Shown here: piece by piece, positions 38,042 to 46,634 of the stretch
Layout of the letters: every line of letters starts with the position of its first letter
Position numbering within the stretch: position 1 is the first letter of the stretch
Origin: a virus
Lineage: Duplodnaviria; Caudoviricetes
Virus record (IMG/VR): IMGVR_UViG_3300037067_013660
Span: 96,001-160,000 of that record
DNA length: 64,000 nucleotides
Strand: one strand, 5' to 3'
Program-made: the position numbers and the translations under genes
Notes under the pieces: generated by a model
Told to the model about the DNA's origin: nothing
Database searches by the model: none
Seen by the model: the letters and a program-made list of their open reading frames with translations, nothing else

Positions 38042-38052
38042 TAAAGATTAAG
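38042..38052 (-). promoter_or_regulatory. Putative late promoter
   Basis: CTTAATCTTTA upstream of 38010. Confidence 0.65.
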
Positions 38053-38110
38053 GTTTTGCCCCAGGATTTAGTTTTCGGTGCTGTTGGCCAGGGAACGCGA
38101 GAAATAAATG

Positions 38111-38413
38111 TCAAGCCTTTTCGTGCGCCAAGACTCTGTACTGAAGCGTGATGTGTACGCGGAGGTTTAGTGCATCGGCGACACGCACGAGGGACGTGAG
38201 TGGCAAGGTGCCGCCGACATCTTCATGGAGTATACGACGTACGTGTGCTACGGGAACTTGCGCCCGACTCGCTAGTTCTTCCACCGCTATGTTGGGCACC
38301 AAACGTTGGATCTGTCGTGCAACGTCACGCCGTAGATCGTTCTCTATGGCGGCGGTACGGGCGTATTGGTCTGACATAACTTCGGCAACCAAAGTGTCAA
38401 AATTTGTGGTCAT
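38111..38413 (-). CDS. XRE-type HTH protein (antitoxin-like)
   Basis: EELASRAQV...VRRIL...LTSLVRVADALNLRVHI; SD AAGGAG. Confidence 0.7.
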   Translation of the reverse strand: MTTNFDTLVAEVMSDQYARTAAIENDLRRDVARQIQRLVPNIAVEELASRAQVPVAHVRRILHEDVGGTLPLTSLVRVADALNLRVHITLQYRVLAHEKA

Positions 38414-39254
38414 TGCTAACTCCTTTATGGGAGCGCCCCGGTTTGAACTGGGAACTTCTGCTATCGTTTTCATGTTTTGCCCAATACCCTACTGGTGGCG
38501 TTTCCAACGTATACTCCGTACACCAGCGACGCACAACATTATACCCAACACCGTAATGTTTAGCTATGCGAGGTACTGAATATTTCCAAACAAGCATGGC
38601 TAATTTATTTCTGCTTGGTTTAATTCGATCTTGTTTAGCTGCTTGTTGCTTCATCCAATACCCACGCGGCGGTGTTTCAATCCCGGCCTGTGTACACCAT
38701 TTCTTTAATGCCACGTCGCTGACACCAAAACGATGTGCAAGCTGTAGCATCGGTACAGACCATACCAGTTTCTCTAGGTTCTTGGCATTAGGACGTTCGA
38801 CTTTACGGTTGCCTTTATGAGCACATTTTTCTGAGCAGTATTTCTTGTGGTTGACGGTAGGAAGTTCTGCTGTTCCACATTGTTTGCAATATACTGGATT
38901 ATGTTTACGTGTTTGTCGCAGCTTGTCTCGTTTCGACGCCTTGCGCTTTATTTTACGTGGTACTGAGTTGAGTATAGCTTCTTCAGTAAGAAGTGGAATG
39001 TTTTTCTTATATGCTATATCTGCCACCGTATCCCCTATTTTCTCAACAAAGTAGTACTCTCTTTCTTTTATTGGTATTTTGCGGCGTTTCTGATACTTTG
39101 CGGCTTGCACTTGTCCTGACTTCACAGCATGAGCGCACGTAGAACTGCAAGAGTGTGAACAAAAAGGGCCAAGATCAAATTTGGTTTTTTGTATAGCTAC
39201 GTTGCGTGCGCTCGGCGCCGTGGCCCTAGTTTTCGGACCCTTCCGTGCTCCCAC
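38397..39254 (-). CDS. Homing-endonuclease-derived Zn-finger plus tandem HTH protein with no visible nuclease domain
   Basis: CKQC..YCSEKC and two 'LVW...A..GV...KW C...ETPP.GYW' repeats; start uncertain. Confidence 0.6.
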   Translation of the reverse strand: MGARKGPKTRATAPSARNVAIQKTKFDLGPFCSHSCSSTCAHAVKSGQVQAAKYQKRRKIPIKEREYYFVEKIGDTVADIAYKKNIPLLTEEAILNSVPRKIKRKASKRDKLRQTRKHNPVYCKQCGTAELPTVNHKKYCSEKCAHKGNRKVERPNAKNLEKLVWSVPMLQLAHRFGVSDVALKKWCTQAGIETPPRGYWMKQQAAKQDRIKPSRNKLAMLVWKYSVPRIAKHYGVGYNVVRRWCTEYTLETPPVGYWAKHENDSRSSQFKPGRSHKGVSNDHKF

Positions 39255-39277
39255 GGAGAGCCCTTCGCTGCCCGGAT

Positions 39278-39356
39278 TGCCAGGTGAGGGACTCGAACCC
39301 TCATGGTTTCCCGCTGGGTCCTAGGCCCAGTGCGTATGCCGTTCCGCCAACCTGGC
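39278..39356 (-). tRNA. tRNA-Leu(TAG), C33
   Basis: GCCAGGT/ACCTGGC acceptor, loop CC-TAG-GA, variable arm. Confidence 0.88.
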
Positions 39357-39367
39357 ACATCAGTATA

Positions 39368-39937
39368 TTAAGTTTCTTTGTTTTCGTTGTCAAACATTTT
39401 CAGCATGCGGGTTAAATCCGCGCTGGAGGGCCCATCTACTAACTTTCCTTCTCGTGCTTGCTGAAGGCCCGCCATGACGGATGCCAAGGCTTTCGGATTT
39501 TCGTACAACCATCGATTTTCTGGCGGAACCGGCGTAGTCGTGACCTCTACTAAACCAGGGGTGTACATGTTTTCTTTCGCCAGGACGCGTGACATTAATG
39601 TTGTGCGGTCGGTTTCCGACGCCGACGCCGATCCGCTTTCCCACGCGCACACCGTTTCGACGTCCGTGGACAGCATTCTAGCAAAGTCGTCCACCCTGAG
39701 CATCAGGGCTTTGCGGATGTATCGACAGACTTTTCCCGTGAGCCCGTGGCAAGACGTAAGCACTAGCGCGATCTTAATGTCGAACATCTCCATCGCGGGA
39801 CCATCGAAGTAGGCGACGCCGCATTTTGGACAAACGCTTCCCTTGACCTTAGCTTCGAAAAACCGCCCGTCAACGTACTGATGATCGGGTAGGCGAGTCT
39901 CTTCGGTTTCGACGGCGTGGCAGTTAACACATTTCAT
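39368..39937 (-). CDS. MqsA-like antitoxin (Zn finger plus HTH) with C-terminal extension
   Basis: MKCVNC...CPKCG..YF, IRKAL...FARML...V.AWESG. Confidence 0.78.
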   Translation of the reverse strand: MKCVNCHAVETEETRLPDHQYVDGRFFEAKVKGSVCPKCGVAYFDGPAMEMFDIKIALVLTSCHGLTGKVCRYIRKALMLRVDDFARMLSTDVETVCAWESGSASASETDRTTLMSRVLAKENMYTPGLVEVTTTPVPPENRWLYENPKALASVMAGLQQAREGKLVDGPSSADLTRMLKMFDNENKET

Positions 39938-39981
39938 GGTTCCTCACCCATCTGAGTAAACTGTCTACGTGTCGTCACGGC

Positions 39982-40299
39982 TTACTCCTTTGTTCTCCGC
40001 AGTGCATTCCTGATAAATCGCTCATCAGGAGGACGCACACCGTGTTCTGTTAGGTAGTGGTCGAAATCTTCTGGAAAGATCCACCGACCATCCGTTGTCT
40101 GCATATCACAATCACCAAGGCGTTCACCACAAATCCTACACGTGGCCCATCCTTTGTAGCGGTTCTTTTCTTTTGCTTGCGCTATGTAGTCTAGGCAAGC
40201 GTTTAGCTCTTCTTTGGTCATTCTGCTTTGGTAGTCTTGCGGTGTAAGATCGTCAGACCAGAAGCCTACCGTTCGTGGTTCGCTTTTGTCATGTCGCAT
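39982..40299 (-). CDS. Conserved-looking hypothetical protein
   Basis: YKGWATCRICG...WIFPEDFDHYL..HGVRPP. Confidence 0.65.
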   Translation of the reverse strand: MRHDKSEPRTVGFWSDDLTPQDYQSRMTKEELNACLDYIAQAKEKNRYKGWATCRICGERLGDCDMQTTDGRWIFPEDFDHYLTEHGVRPPDERFIRNALRRTKE

Positions 40300-40310
40300 G
40301 TGATGTCCCT

Positions 40311-41444
40311 TTAGCTGGGTGTATCCTCTACCTCGTAGAGAAACTTGGTACCACCCAAGAGCTTCCTGTTATTAGATGTACTCTGAATAAAGACGGTGTA
40401 GCCTGGGATAGCACCGGCCGCGAGCTTTACTGTTTTGTCGTTCGGCAGGCCAAGAATGGATCGCGCGGCTGCACCAGTCCACATCGCACCAGAGCTTTTA
40501 TTTATCAACACCACTTCTTTGTACGCCTGGACTTCGACCGTCTTGGTGAACTCGTAGAACCCACGACCGACCTTGAATGTGAGGCCGTTGTCTGTGACGA
40601 AATTCTTGATCGCGGTGGGCGCGTCCACGTTTAAGACCTGGAACCTGGAAGGGTGTACGGGCGTGAGGTCTGCTTCGTTGACGGTCGCGCTTTTGATCGC
40701 GACCTTACCACCACGAGAAGTTGGCGCGCGGTAGGGCGTGGACTTGTGAACTTCTCTAACTATGCGACCGATCAGTACATCGAACATGGCGCCGACACTG
40801 TCGGTCATGCGACCAGCATCCTGGACCTCCTTCTCGAACGAGACAACGGCCTCAGGGCTAACCTGCTTGTAGCAGACCGCCATGACCAAATCTACGATGG
40901 CGTTGAATTGGTGTAACTCCAGATGAACGCCGTCACTGAGTTTGGCCAAGTCTCGGTAGAAATGGGTGGCGTGAGATCTAGCCAGCGCCTGCACACCATA
41001 GACGTGCACGCCCGCTTCTTTGAGCAGCCCCAGCTCATTTTGCCAATCCAGCTTCAGCGTATTCTCTCTGTAGGAAGGCCCGTGGGGAACGTCGTCTCCG
41101 ATGAGGACCAGCACTTTGTCTTTACCCGAACGCCAACTGAGCTGTCGTGCTTTATGGAGCACCAGCTCGTAACACTCGGGCGCGTCGCCGCCGCCCGTCG
41201 AAGGCGCCGTCTTGATGAAGTCGACGAGCAACTTCTCGTTGTCGGTTAGGTCCTGCGTCGTCATGACGTTGTCGCCGTCACAGTAATCACCGTGTGTAAT
41301 GATGCCGATGTGAAGATTTGGGATTTGCTGGAATAGTCGCTGCGTTACGTCACTGACTACTCTGCGCACTTGGGTTAAACATGGATACATGCTCCCAGTT
41401 GTATCGAACGAGAAAACCACATCGATTGGATTTGGCGTGCTCAT
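40311..41444 (-). CDS. von Willebrand factor A domain protein
   Basis: MIDAS DVVFSFDTTGSM, GGGDAPECYE, LIGDDVPH. Confidence 0.9.
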   Translation of the reverse strand: MSTPNPIDVVFSFDTTGSMYPCLTQVRRVVSDVTQRLFQQIPNLHIGIITHGDYCDGDNVMTTQDLTDNEKLLVDFIKTAPSTGGGDAPECYELVLHKARQLSWRSGKDKVLVLIGDDVPHGPSYRENTLKLDWQNELGLLKEAGVHVYGVQALARSHATHFYRDLAKLSDGVHLELHQFNAIVDLVMAVCYKQVSPEAVVSFEKEVQDAGRMTDSVGAMFDVLIGRIVREVHKSTPYRAPTSRGGKVAIKSATVNEADLTPVHPSRFQVLNVDAPTAIKNFVTDNGLTFKVGRGFYEFTKTVEVQAYKEVVLINKSSGAMWTGAAARSILGLPNDKTVKLAAGAIPGYTVFIQSTSNNRKLLGGTKFLYEVEDTPS

Positions 41445-41556
41445 GTATATTCCTTTTGTCTCTGTGTTGGCCGTGACAGTACCGCAGGTTATTTGTTTCC
41501 GCGTAATGTTTTACTGCCGATCATCGCACCAAGTCATGCAGATTTTCTGTGCCGCG

Positions 41557-41922
41557 TCATTCCTCGATCAAACGAAACCGAATCGACGCCACCCCGACCG
41601 TGAGGATAAAGGGTGCCTGGGATTTTAGTCGATGTTGTGTGTATGCTCTGGAAATCCTGTTGGCAGCACGTTCTGGATCTGCCAAAGCACCCTGTGCAAT
41701 AAAAATGACGCCGAACTCGTAGGCCAAAGCGTCGGCCGTAAAGTCCGCCAGGTTGTTGGTCACGAGGATCCGGCCAGGGAGCAGCCGCTCCATAATTGTT
41801 TCGTCGTCTAGCCCAGGACTGGGTTCAATGACGTGGAAGTTCTTGTCACGCAGCCGTGACGCCAACTCCGACACGTTCTCATCCACGACAAGAAAACCAC
41901 GAGCCATAGCGGTTCTGATCAT
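41557..41922 (-). CDS. PIN-domain protein (DUF5615/Mut7-C-like)
   Basis: FLVVDENV, GLDDETI, RILVTNNLADF. Confidence 0.75.
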   Translation of the reverse strand: MIRTAMARGFLVVDENVSELASRLRDKNFHVIEPSPGLDDETIMERLLPGRILVTNNLADFTADALAYEFGVIFIAQGALADPERAANRISRAYTQHRLKSQAPFILTVGVASIRFRLIEE

Positions 41923-41961
41923 GCGTTACCTTAACGTTGTTTTAGGTGGATGTCAAGAGTT

Positions 41962-42033
41962 TGGAGGCGCTGAGAATCGAACTCGGGCTTTTTGGTTGCA
42001 AGCCAAAAGTGCTACCATTATCACTACGCCCCC
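41962..42033 (-). tRNA. tRNA-Ala(TGC)
   Basis: GGGGGCG/CGCCTCC acceptor with G3.U70, loop CT-TGC-AA. Confidence 0.88.
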
Positions 42034-42040
42034 AACGTGA

Positions 42041-42148
42041 TGGAGCATGCAGGGTTCGAACCCGCATCTTCCGGTTTCGCCGGACGCTCTTCCAAGTCGC
42101 GAGCCTCGGGTGATCAATCCTCCGACCCGCAACCTGAGCTACTGCCCC
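42041..42148 (-). ncRNA. Anticodon-less tRNA-like RNA with an expanded D-loop
   Basis: GGGGCAG/ATGCTCC-A acceptor, GCTC/GAGC D-stem, TCCGG-CGAAA-CCGGA, GCGGG-TTCGAAC-CCTGC. Confidence 0.78.
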
Positions 42149-42291
42149 GTGCTGTTTAGCCAAGCGGTTGACCTTTTGCAAAATCGACATCTTGTTCTCC
42201 ACGTAGAAATTAAGGGCCGTTTAGTAGCGGCAAACATGCGACGCATATCTGGTGTTACCCACGGGGGACGCTCGCGTCCCCAAACGGCCGT

Positions 42292-42375
42292 TGCCCGGAG
42301 CCAGAATCGAACTGGCCTGGAGTTTCCTCCGAGAGATTTTAAGTCTCTTGCGTCTACCAACTTCGCCATCCGGGC
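42292..42375 (-). tRNA. tRNA-Leu(TAA)
   Basis: GCCCGGA/TCCGGGC acceptor, loop CT-TAA-AA, variable stem. Confidence 0.92.
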
Positions 42376-42408
42376 GCAGCGACGTCGCTACGATTCAATT
42401 TTCAAACG

Positions 42409-43056
42409 CTACCAGCCGCGTCGTCCCGTCAATCGTTCCATCCGTTGATTCGACGCGTCGGTCTCGAACTTCCAGTTCGCCGGCATCCCGGCTTTCTCCA
42501 GCATTTCCTTGGCGGTGTACTGGGCCTCGAACGACGCCACCCTCTCGTCTTCGTCCGACAGGTCACCCGTGGGGCTCCAGGGACGCGCCAGCACCTTCTG
42601 TTCGTCCTGTAGCACGATGAGCCGGACGTACTCGTCAAAAGGATGCTGCCCGTAGTTATGGATCGTGGCTGCGTGCTGGTCGTACACCGGCGACAACAAC
42701 AGTTCACCCGACTCCGGGTGCCACGACAATTTGCCCACCTTGACGTCTTGGTTGTAGGTACCGACGGACGCCAAGATGTTGGTCGGATCGATGGTCCAGG
42801 TTTGTTGCTGCCGCTCGGGCACTTGGTAGCTAGTGACAAAGTGCCAGCGTCGGCGTCGTTGTGGATACGCCGTCGTTACGATCGATGGCCGCCACGCACC
42901 ACTATGCAGCAGTTGATCCGTCGTCTTGGCCAGGACGCGGATTTTGTTCTTGGGCAAAAACTCAAAACGAACCGCGTCGCCTTGTCGTACGTACTGATGC
43001 ACGTCCGCCACGCTGACGACAGGCACGTAAGTGGCGTTTTTATGTTTGATCGGCAT
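42409..43056 (-). CDS. Hypothetical protein
   Basis: 215-aa ORF. Confidence 0.6.
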   Translation of the reverse strand: MPIKHKNATYVPVVSVADVHQYVRQGDAVRFEFLPKNKIRVLAKTTDQLLHSGAWRPSIVTTAYPQRRRRWHFVTSYQVPERQQQTWTIDPTNILASVGTYNQDVKVGKLSWHPESGELLLSPVYDQHAATIHNYGQHPFDEYVRLIVLQDEQKVLARPWSPTGDLSDEDERVASFEAQYTAKEMLEKAGMPANWKFETDASNQRMERLTGRRGW

Positions 43057-43124
43057 CTCTTGTTCCTACGTCGCGATCTCTACGGAGGTACTCTATTAAA
43101 GAATACGATCAAACCGTGTGAAAG

Positions 43125-43442
43125 TCAAGCGTCAGGACACGACGAACCAAACGATGGCCTTGCGACCAGCCAAACGATGGCCTTGCGACCAGATCGGGTT
43201 TTGCGCCGCATGCCACGATCCACAATCACGTCCTTGTGGTGTAGGTCATGGAACCGCGCGCTACAGGTCTGGTGCGAGAGGTTCAGCGCGACCTCGGCTT
43301 CGTCGCAGGTACAGCCCATCACGCCGCACTGACGCACGTACCGCAAGACCATGGCTTGCAGGCGCCCGAGGTCGTGCTGGATGGAAGCCGCTGCTTCGCG
43401 GGAGGTGTCGGTTTGCTTGTTCCAAAGACCCGTTTGTCTCAT
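43125..43442 (-). CDS. Winged-helix protein
   Basis: DTSREAA...GCTCDE.E..L.LSHQTCSAR...R.TRSGRKAIVW, a common phage wHTH pattern. Confidence 0.7.
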   Translation of the reverse strand: MRQTGLWNKQTDTSREAAASIQHDLGRLQAMVLRYVRQCGVMGCTCDEAEVALNLSHQTCSARFHDLHHKDVIVDRGMRRKTRSGRKAIVWLVARPSFGSSCPDA

Positions 43443-44112
43443 GTGGTTCTCCTGACGGCGCGACGATAACCTGCGCGCCAACACATCCGTAGGATCCGGT
43501 TTTCCGTCGGGCTAAAATCCAGTCCATGCTGTTTGACCAGCGTTTCGTAGTCCCACGGGAAAATTTCTGGAGGCGGCGGAAACAGAGAACCATCAGCTCC
43601 GTCGCCCGCCATCTTGCCCAGCAGCATCGCCAAGTTTTTTGTTTCCGTCTGCATCTCGTTGTTCCTTTAGCATCTGTTCCATTTGATCTAGTTCTCGTTC
43701 ACGCGCCGCGTAGCACTCTGGACACAATCCATGAGACTCACGGATTTCATTCTTACCATCCAGGTAGTACCGTAGGTGCAGTTTGCACACGCCGCACACC
43801 ACCACGATCATGCTACGTCCTCTTGCTCGGCACAAAACGCATACACGATGGCGAACAGGGCTTTGACGAGATCGACCAGCACCGAAAAAGCGACGTACAG
43901 TTCGTACAGGGCGGTCCCGAGGTCACGCATGCGGCACCTCGTCAAACGTGATGATGTCGTAGGCAGAAAGCCTTTGTGTTTGGCCCGGAACGTTCTCCAA
44001 CAGGCTACAGAATGCTTCGTACTCCATATCGCTGCTCCTTTGTTTCGTTACCCGCGTTAAATGTCCATACAGACGTAGCGTACGTAAGTTCTGAGTTGGT
44101 GTCAACTATTTT

Positions 44113-44619
44113 TTAGGCGCCCGTGGACCCCACACCGCCTCGATTCACAACAGGGAAGTCCAGACCCGTCGCGTCCACCATGTTGGTTTTGAGTAACTGT
44201 CGGGGGATCAACTGCATCAAACGGGTGCCTACCGGAACCTCTACCTCGCGCGTCGCGTACCACAGCCCCACGACCTCGTCTTCAGGGCCGCAGAACGTAG
44301 GGTCGATGATCCCGATGCTGTTGGTGAGCACTAGCCCAAACTTCTTGAACGTGCTGCTGCGCGGCACCAACTCGAAATAATAGCCAGCAGGTGGTTGGAT
44401 CACGAGCCCGGTCCTGACTGGCAAATATTGTGTCGTGGCAAAACTTACGGGCTCCACCGTATAGATGTCCCAGCCTACGTCAGTGTCGTGGGCACGAGTC
44501 GGTAGTTGGGCATTGGGGTGGATCCGCCAGCAGCTAAAACTGGGTACTGATTTTCGTGCGTCGTAGTGATCCCAATCTGGTCCATTTACGATGTTGTTTG
44601 GGTCGTCTATTTTTGTCAT
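44113..44619 (-). CDS. dut: dUTPase (trimeric)
   Basis: GWDI, PRSS, NSIGIIDPTFCG, RLMQL, RGGVGSTG. Confidence 0.92.
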   Translation of the reverse strand: MTKIDDPNNIVNGPDWDHYDARKSVPSFSCWRIHPNAQLPTRAHDTDVGWDIYTVEPVSFATTQYLPVRTGLVIQPPAGYYFELVPRSSTFKKFGLVLTNSIGIIDPTFCGPEDEVVGLWYATREVEVPVGTRLMQLIPRQLLKTNMVDATGLDFPVVNRGGVGSTGA

Positions 44620-44623
44620 GACG

Positions 44624-45160
44624 CTATCTCCTCCAAACTTGTCGAACAGGGTCTTTAAGCGCGTAACATCCTTCTTCGTGCTCGTCTCCTACACCACTCT
44701 GACCATGTTGATATGTACAAGTACAAGGTATTCCATGACCATGACAGTCTGGGCAGAGACCTCCATACTCCCTGTTGTTTTGTCCGTTTTGAGGTAGCAA
44801 ACAATGCCCGTCGTCTAGGTAGTTTAGCTCTCCGTGCCCATCACAGGTAGTACAAGGCTCTACGTCACCCCAGCGTAATCGTTTTGATACTTGATGATTA
44901 TAATACAAAACCTGTACGTCACGGAACCAGCGTAAATGTTGAATCCGTTCTGGTGGCACAGTTTCGCTACATATCCACTCCCAATAGCTTTTACGTGGGT
45001 CTAAAGGTAACGCCACACCAAACACATAGGCACCGCCCATACACAAAGCGTCGGCCAAAGAGGCCGAGAAATAAGTACCAACATGAAAGCCATCACGTTG
45101 GATAGATTCTACGTTTTCTTTTGTGGTGCCGTGGTACCACAGCCAGCAAGTATCGCTCAT
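44624..45160 (-). CDS. ADP-ribosyltransferase-like domain plus DnaJ-type Zn finger
   Basis: WYHGTT...I..DGF..GTYFS..LADAL; CTTCDGHG and CPDCHGHG. Confidence 0.55.
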   Translation of the reverse strand: MSDTCWLWYHGTTKENVESIQRDGFHVGTYFSASLADALCMGGAYVFGVALPLDPRKSYWEWICSETVPPERIQHLRWFRDVQVLYYNHQVSKRLRWGDVEPCTTCDGHGELNYLDDGHCLLPQNGQNNREYGGLCPDCHGHGIPCTCTYQHGQSGVGDEHEEGCYALKDPVRQVWRR

Positions 45161-45729
45161 TATTGCACGTCTTTTTCTTCAGGAAAGCACGTTCCCAACA
45201 ATTTGACAAGCTCTTGCTGTCGTGTGTTCCATTGTTCCTGCTTAGACGCTGGAGTTTCGGTTTCCCGTACGTAACGGTTTTGTGGGTTGTCCCGCGTGAA
45301 TCCACGGAACAGAATCTTGAGCGGACCCCGTAGGCTCCAGTCCCATTCCCAATCAAAGCGGTCCTTCGTGCCGCCTGTATCAAAGCGTACGTTCAACAAC
45401 CCCAACGCTCGCGTTAGACTGTGGAGCAGGTCTCGCTGCCCCTTGGAAAGTTTCGACACGTCCCACTCGACGTGGACCTCTACGTCACGACATTCCTGAC
45501 ACCGCACCTCGCCGATGTACTGCCAAGGCTCTGCGGGGATTTTGCCACACCGACAACACACCACGGGATCCAGTGCCAACAGGGCGTTTAGTTCCGCCAA
45601 ACGTTCCCGTAGGGAGTAGCGACACCCCTCGACGTCGGCCGCAAAATCTTTGGACACCAGGAGGGCATCGAGGTGCTGGACCGCGTCCTCGATGGACGCG
45701 ATGGCTTGCTGGATTTTAGATTGGGTCAT
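45160..45729 (-). CDS. Hypothetical protein with a Zn finger
   Basis: 189-aa ORF in the operon. Confidence 0.55.
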   Translation of the reverse strand: MTQSKIQQAIASIEDAVQHLDALLVSKDFAADVEGCRYSLRERLAELNALLALDPVVCCRCGKIPAEPWQYIGEVRCQECRDVEVHVEWDVSKLSKGQRDLLHSLTRALGLLNVRFDTGGTKDRFDWEWDWSLRGPLKILFRGFTRDNPQNRYVRETETPASKQEQWNTRQQELVKLLGTCFPEEKDVQ

Positions 45730-45745
45730 GACGTAGTTTCCATTG

Positions 45746-46411
45746 TTAGAGCACCGGCTCCGGATCTAGGTCCTCGCCATCACGCTCTTTTAAGTCCTTC
45801 ACGAAAACGAGTTTGGCGTCCCCGAAATCGTAGCGGCACCCCGCCACCTGCAGGAGCACAGGACAAGTACGAAGTAGCCGCAAGAGCGTTAGTTCTCCAG
45901 GCGTAATCTCCCCACCTCGCCATTTTTCTATCGTGCCTTTCGACAAACCGAGTACTTGTTTTATGTATCCCTCCGAAACTTGTACGCCACCTGGGAACGT
46001 CAGGGTCAGGAGATAGTCCAGCATGGGCCCGACGGTCGCGACGTCTGCCTTCCTGGTGGCGGCACGTACGACAAATTCGTGGCCCTTGGTACGCCAGCCT
46101 TCCTTGCACACGTTACAATGCACAACCCCAACATCATAATGAATGGTCTCGCCAAACGGCGGCGTGTACTCGTACGGTTTCTCGTGCTGGGTCGTGTCCT
46201 CAGAGCCACAGCACGGACAAACGATAGGCGGTAGCGCTACAACGCCATCTCGTACGCGGACTAGACCATCTTCTTCGCAGTCTCCAAGACAGTCTCTTAC
46301 ATATTCCATACTAAACTCGTGTTCATCGACTGCAAATTGCAAGATAGCTTCCCGCGTAAGGGGTCCGTGGTCACGCAAAAGATTCAGAATATACTGCTGT
46401 CCGTCCATCAT
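45746..46411 (-). CDS. wHTH plus MqsA-like (Zn finger-HTH) protein
   Basis: CPCCG...CNVC, LGLSKGTIEKWRGG...LTLLRLL...P. Confidence 0.65.
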   Translation of the reverse strand: MMDGQQYILNLLRDHGPLTREAILQFAVDEHEFSMEYVRDCLGDCEEDGLVRVRDGVVALPPIVCPCCGSEDTTQHEKPYEYTPPFGETIHYDVGVVHCNVCKEGWRTKGHEFVVRAATRKADVATVGPMLDYLLTLTFPGGVQVSEGYIKQVLGLSKGTIEKWRGGEITPGELTLLRLLRTCPVLLQVAGCRYDFGDAKLVFVKDLKERDGEDLDPEPVL

Positions 46412-46634
46412 GATACTTGCTCCTACTTTCGTTCCTCGACGTATTCTTTTACCCGTTGCCGTGCCCACTGTTTGTCGTGTTTTGACGTTTCGGGTGCCAA
46501 GCCAATCAATTGCTGTAGCAGTGCCCAAAGCTGTTCCTCTTGGGCGCCAAGGCACCGGGCTTTTTCCATCGCGTTCTCTACGTCAATGAGGAATTGTCCG
46601 CGCCAGTTTTCTTTGTCCTGCATAGCTTGGTCCC

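Noticed and set aside
38428-39252. tmRNA
   Set aside because: No G3.U70 pair and no recognisable short tag reading frame; kept only as a tRNA-like anomaly.
43097-43106. Possible sixth late promoter (GTATTCTTTA)
   Set aside because: Only a partial match to the motif; insufficient support.
43147-43192. 23-bp tandem duplication CCAAACGATGGCCTTGCGACCAG
   Set aside because: Real, but only two copies at a gene 3' end; consistent with simple slippage.
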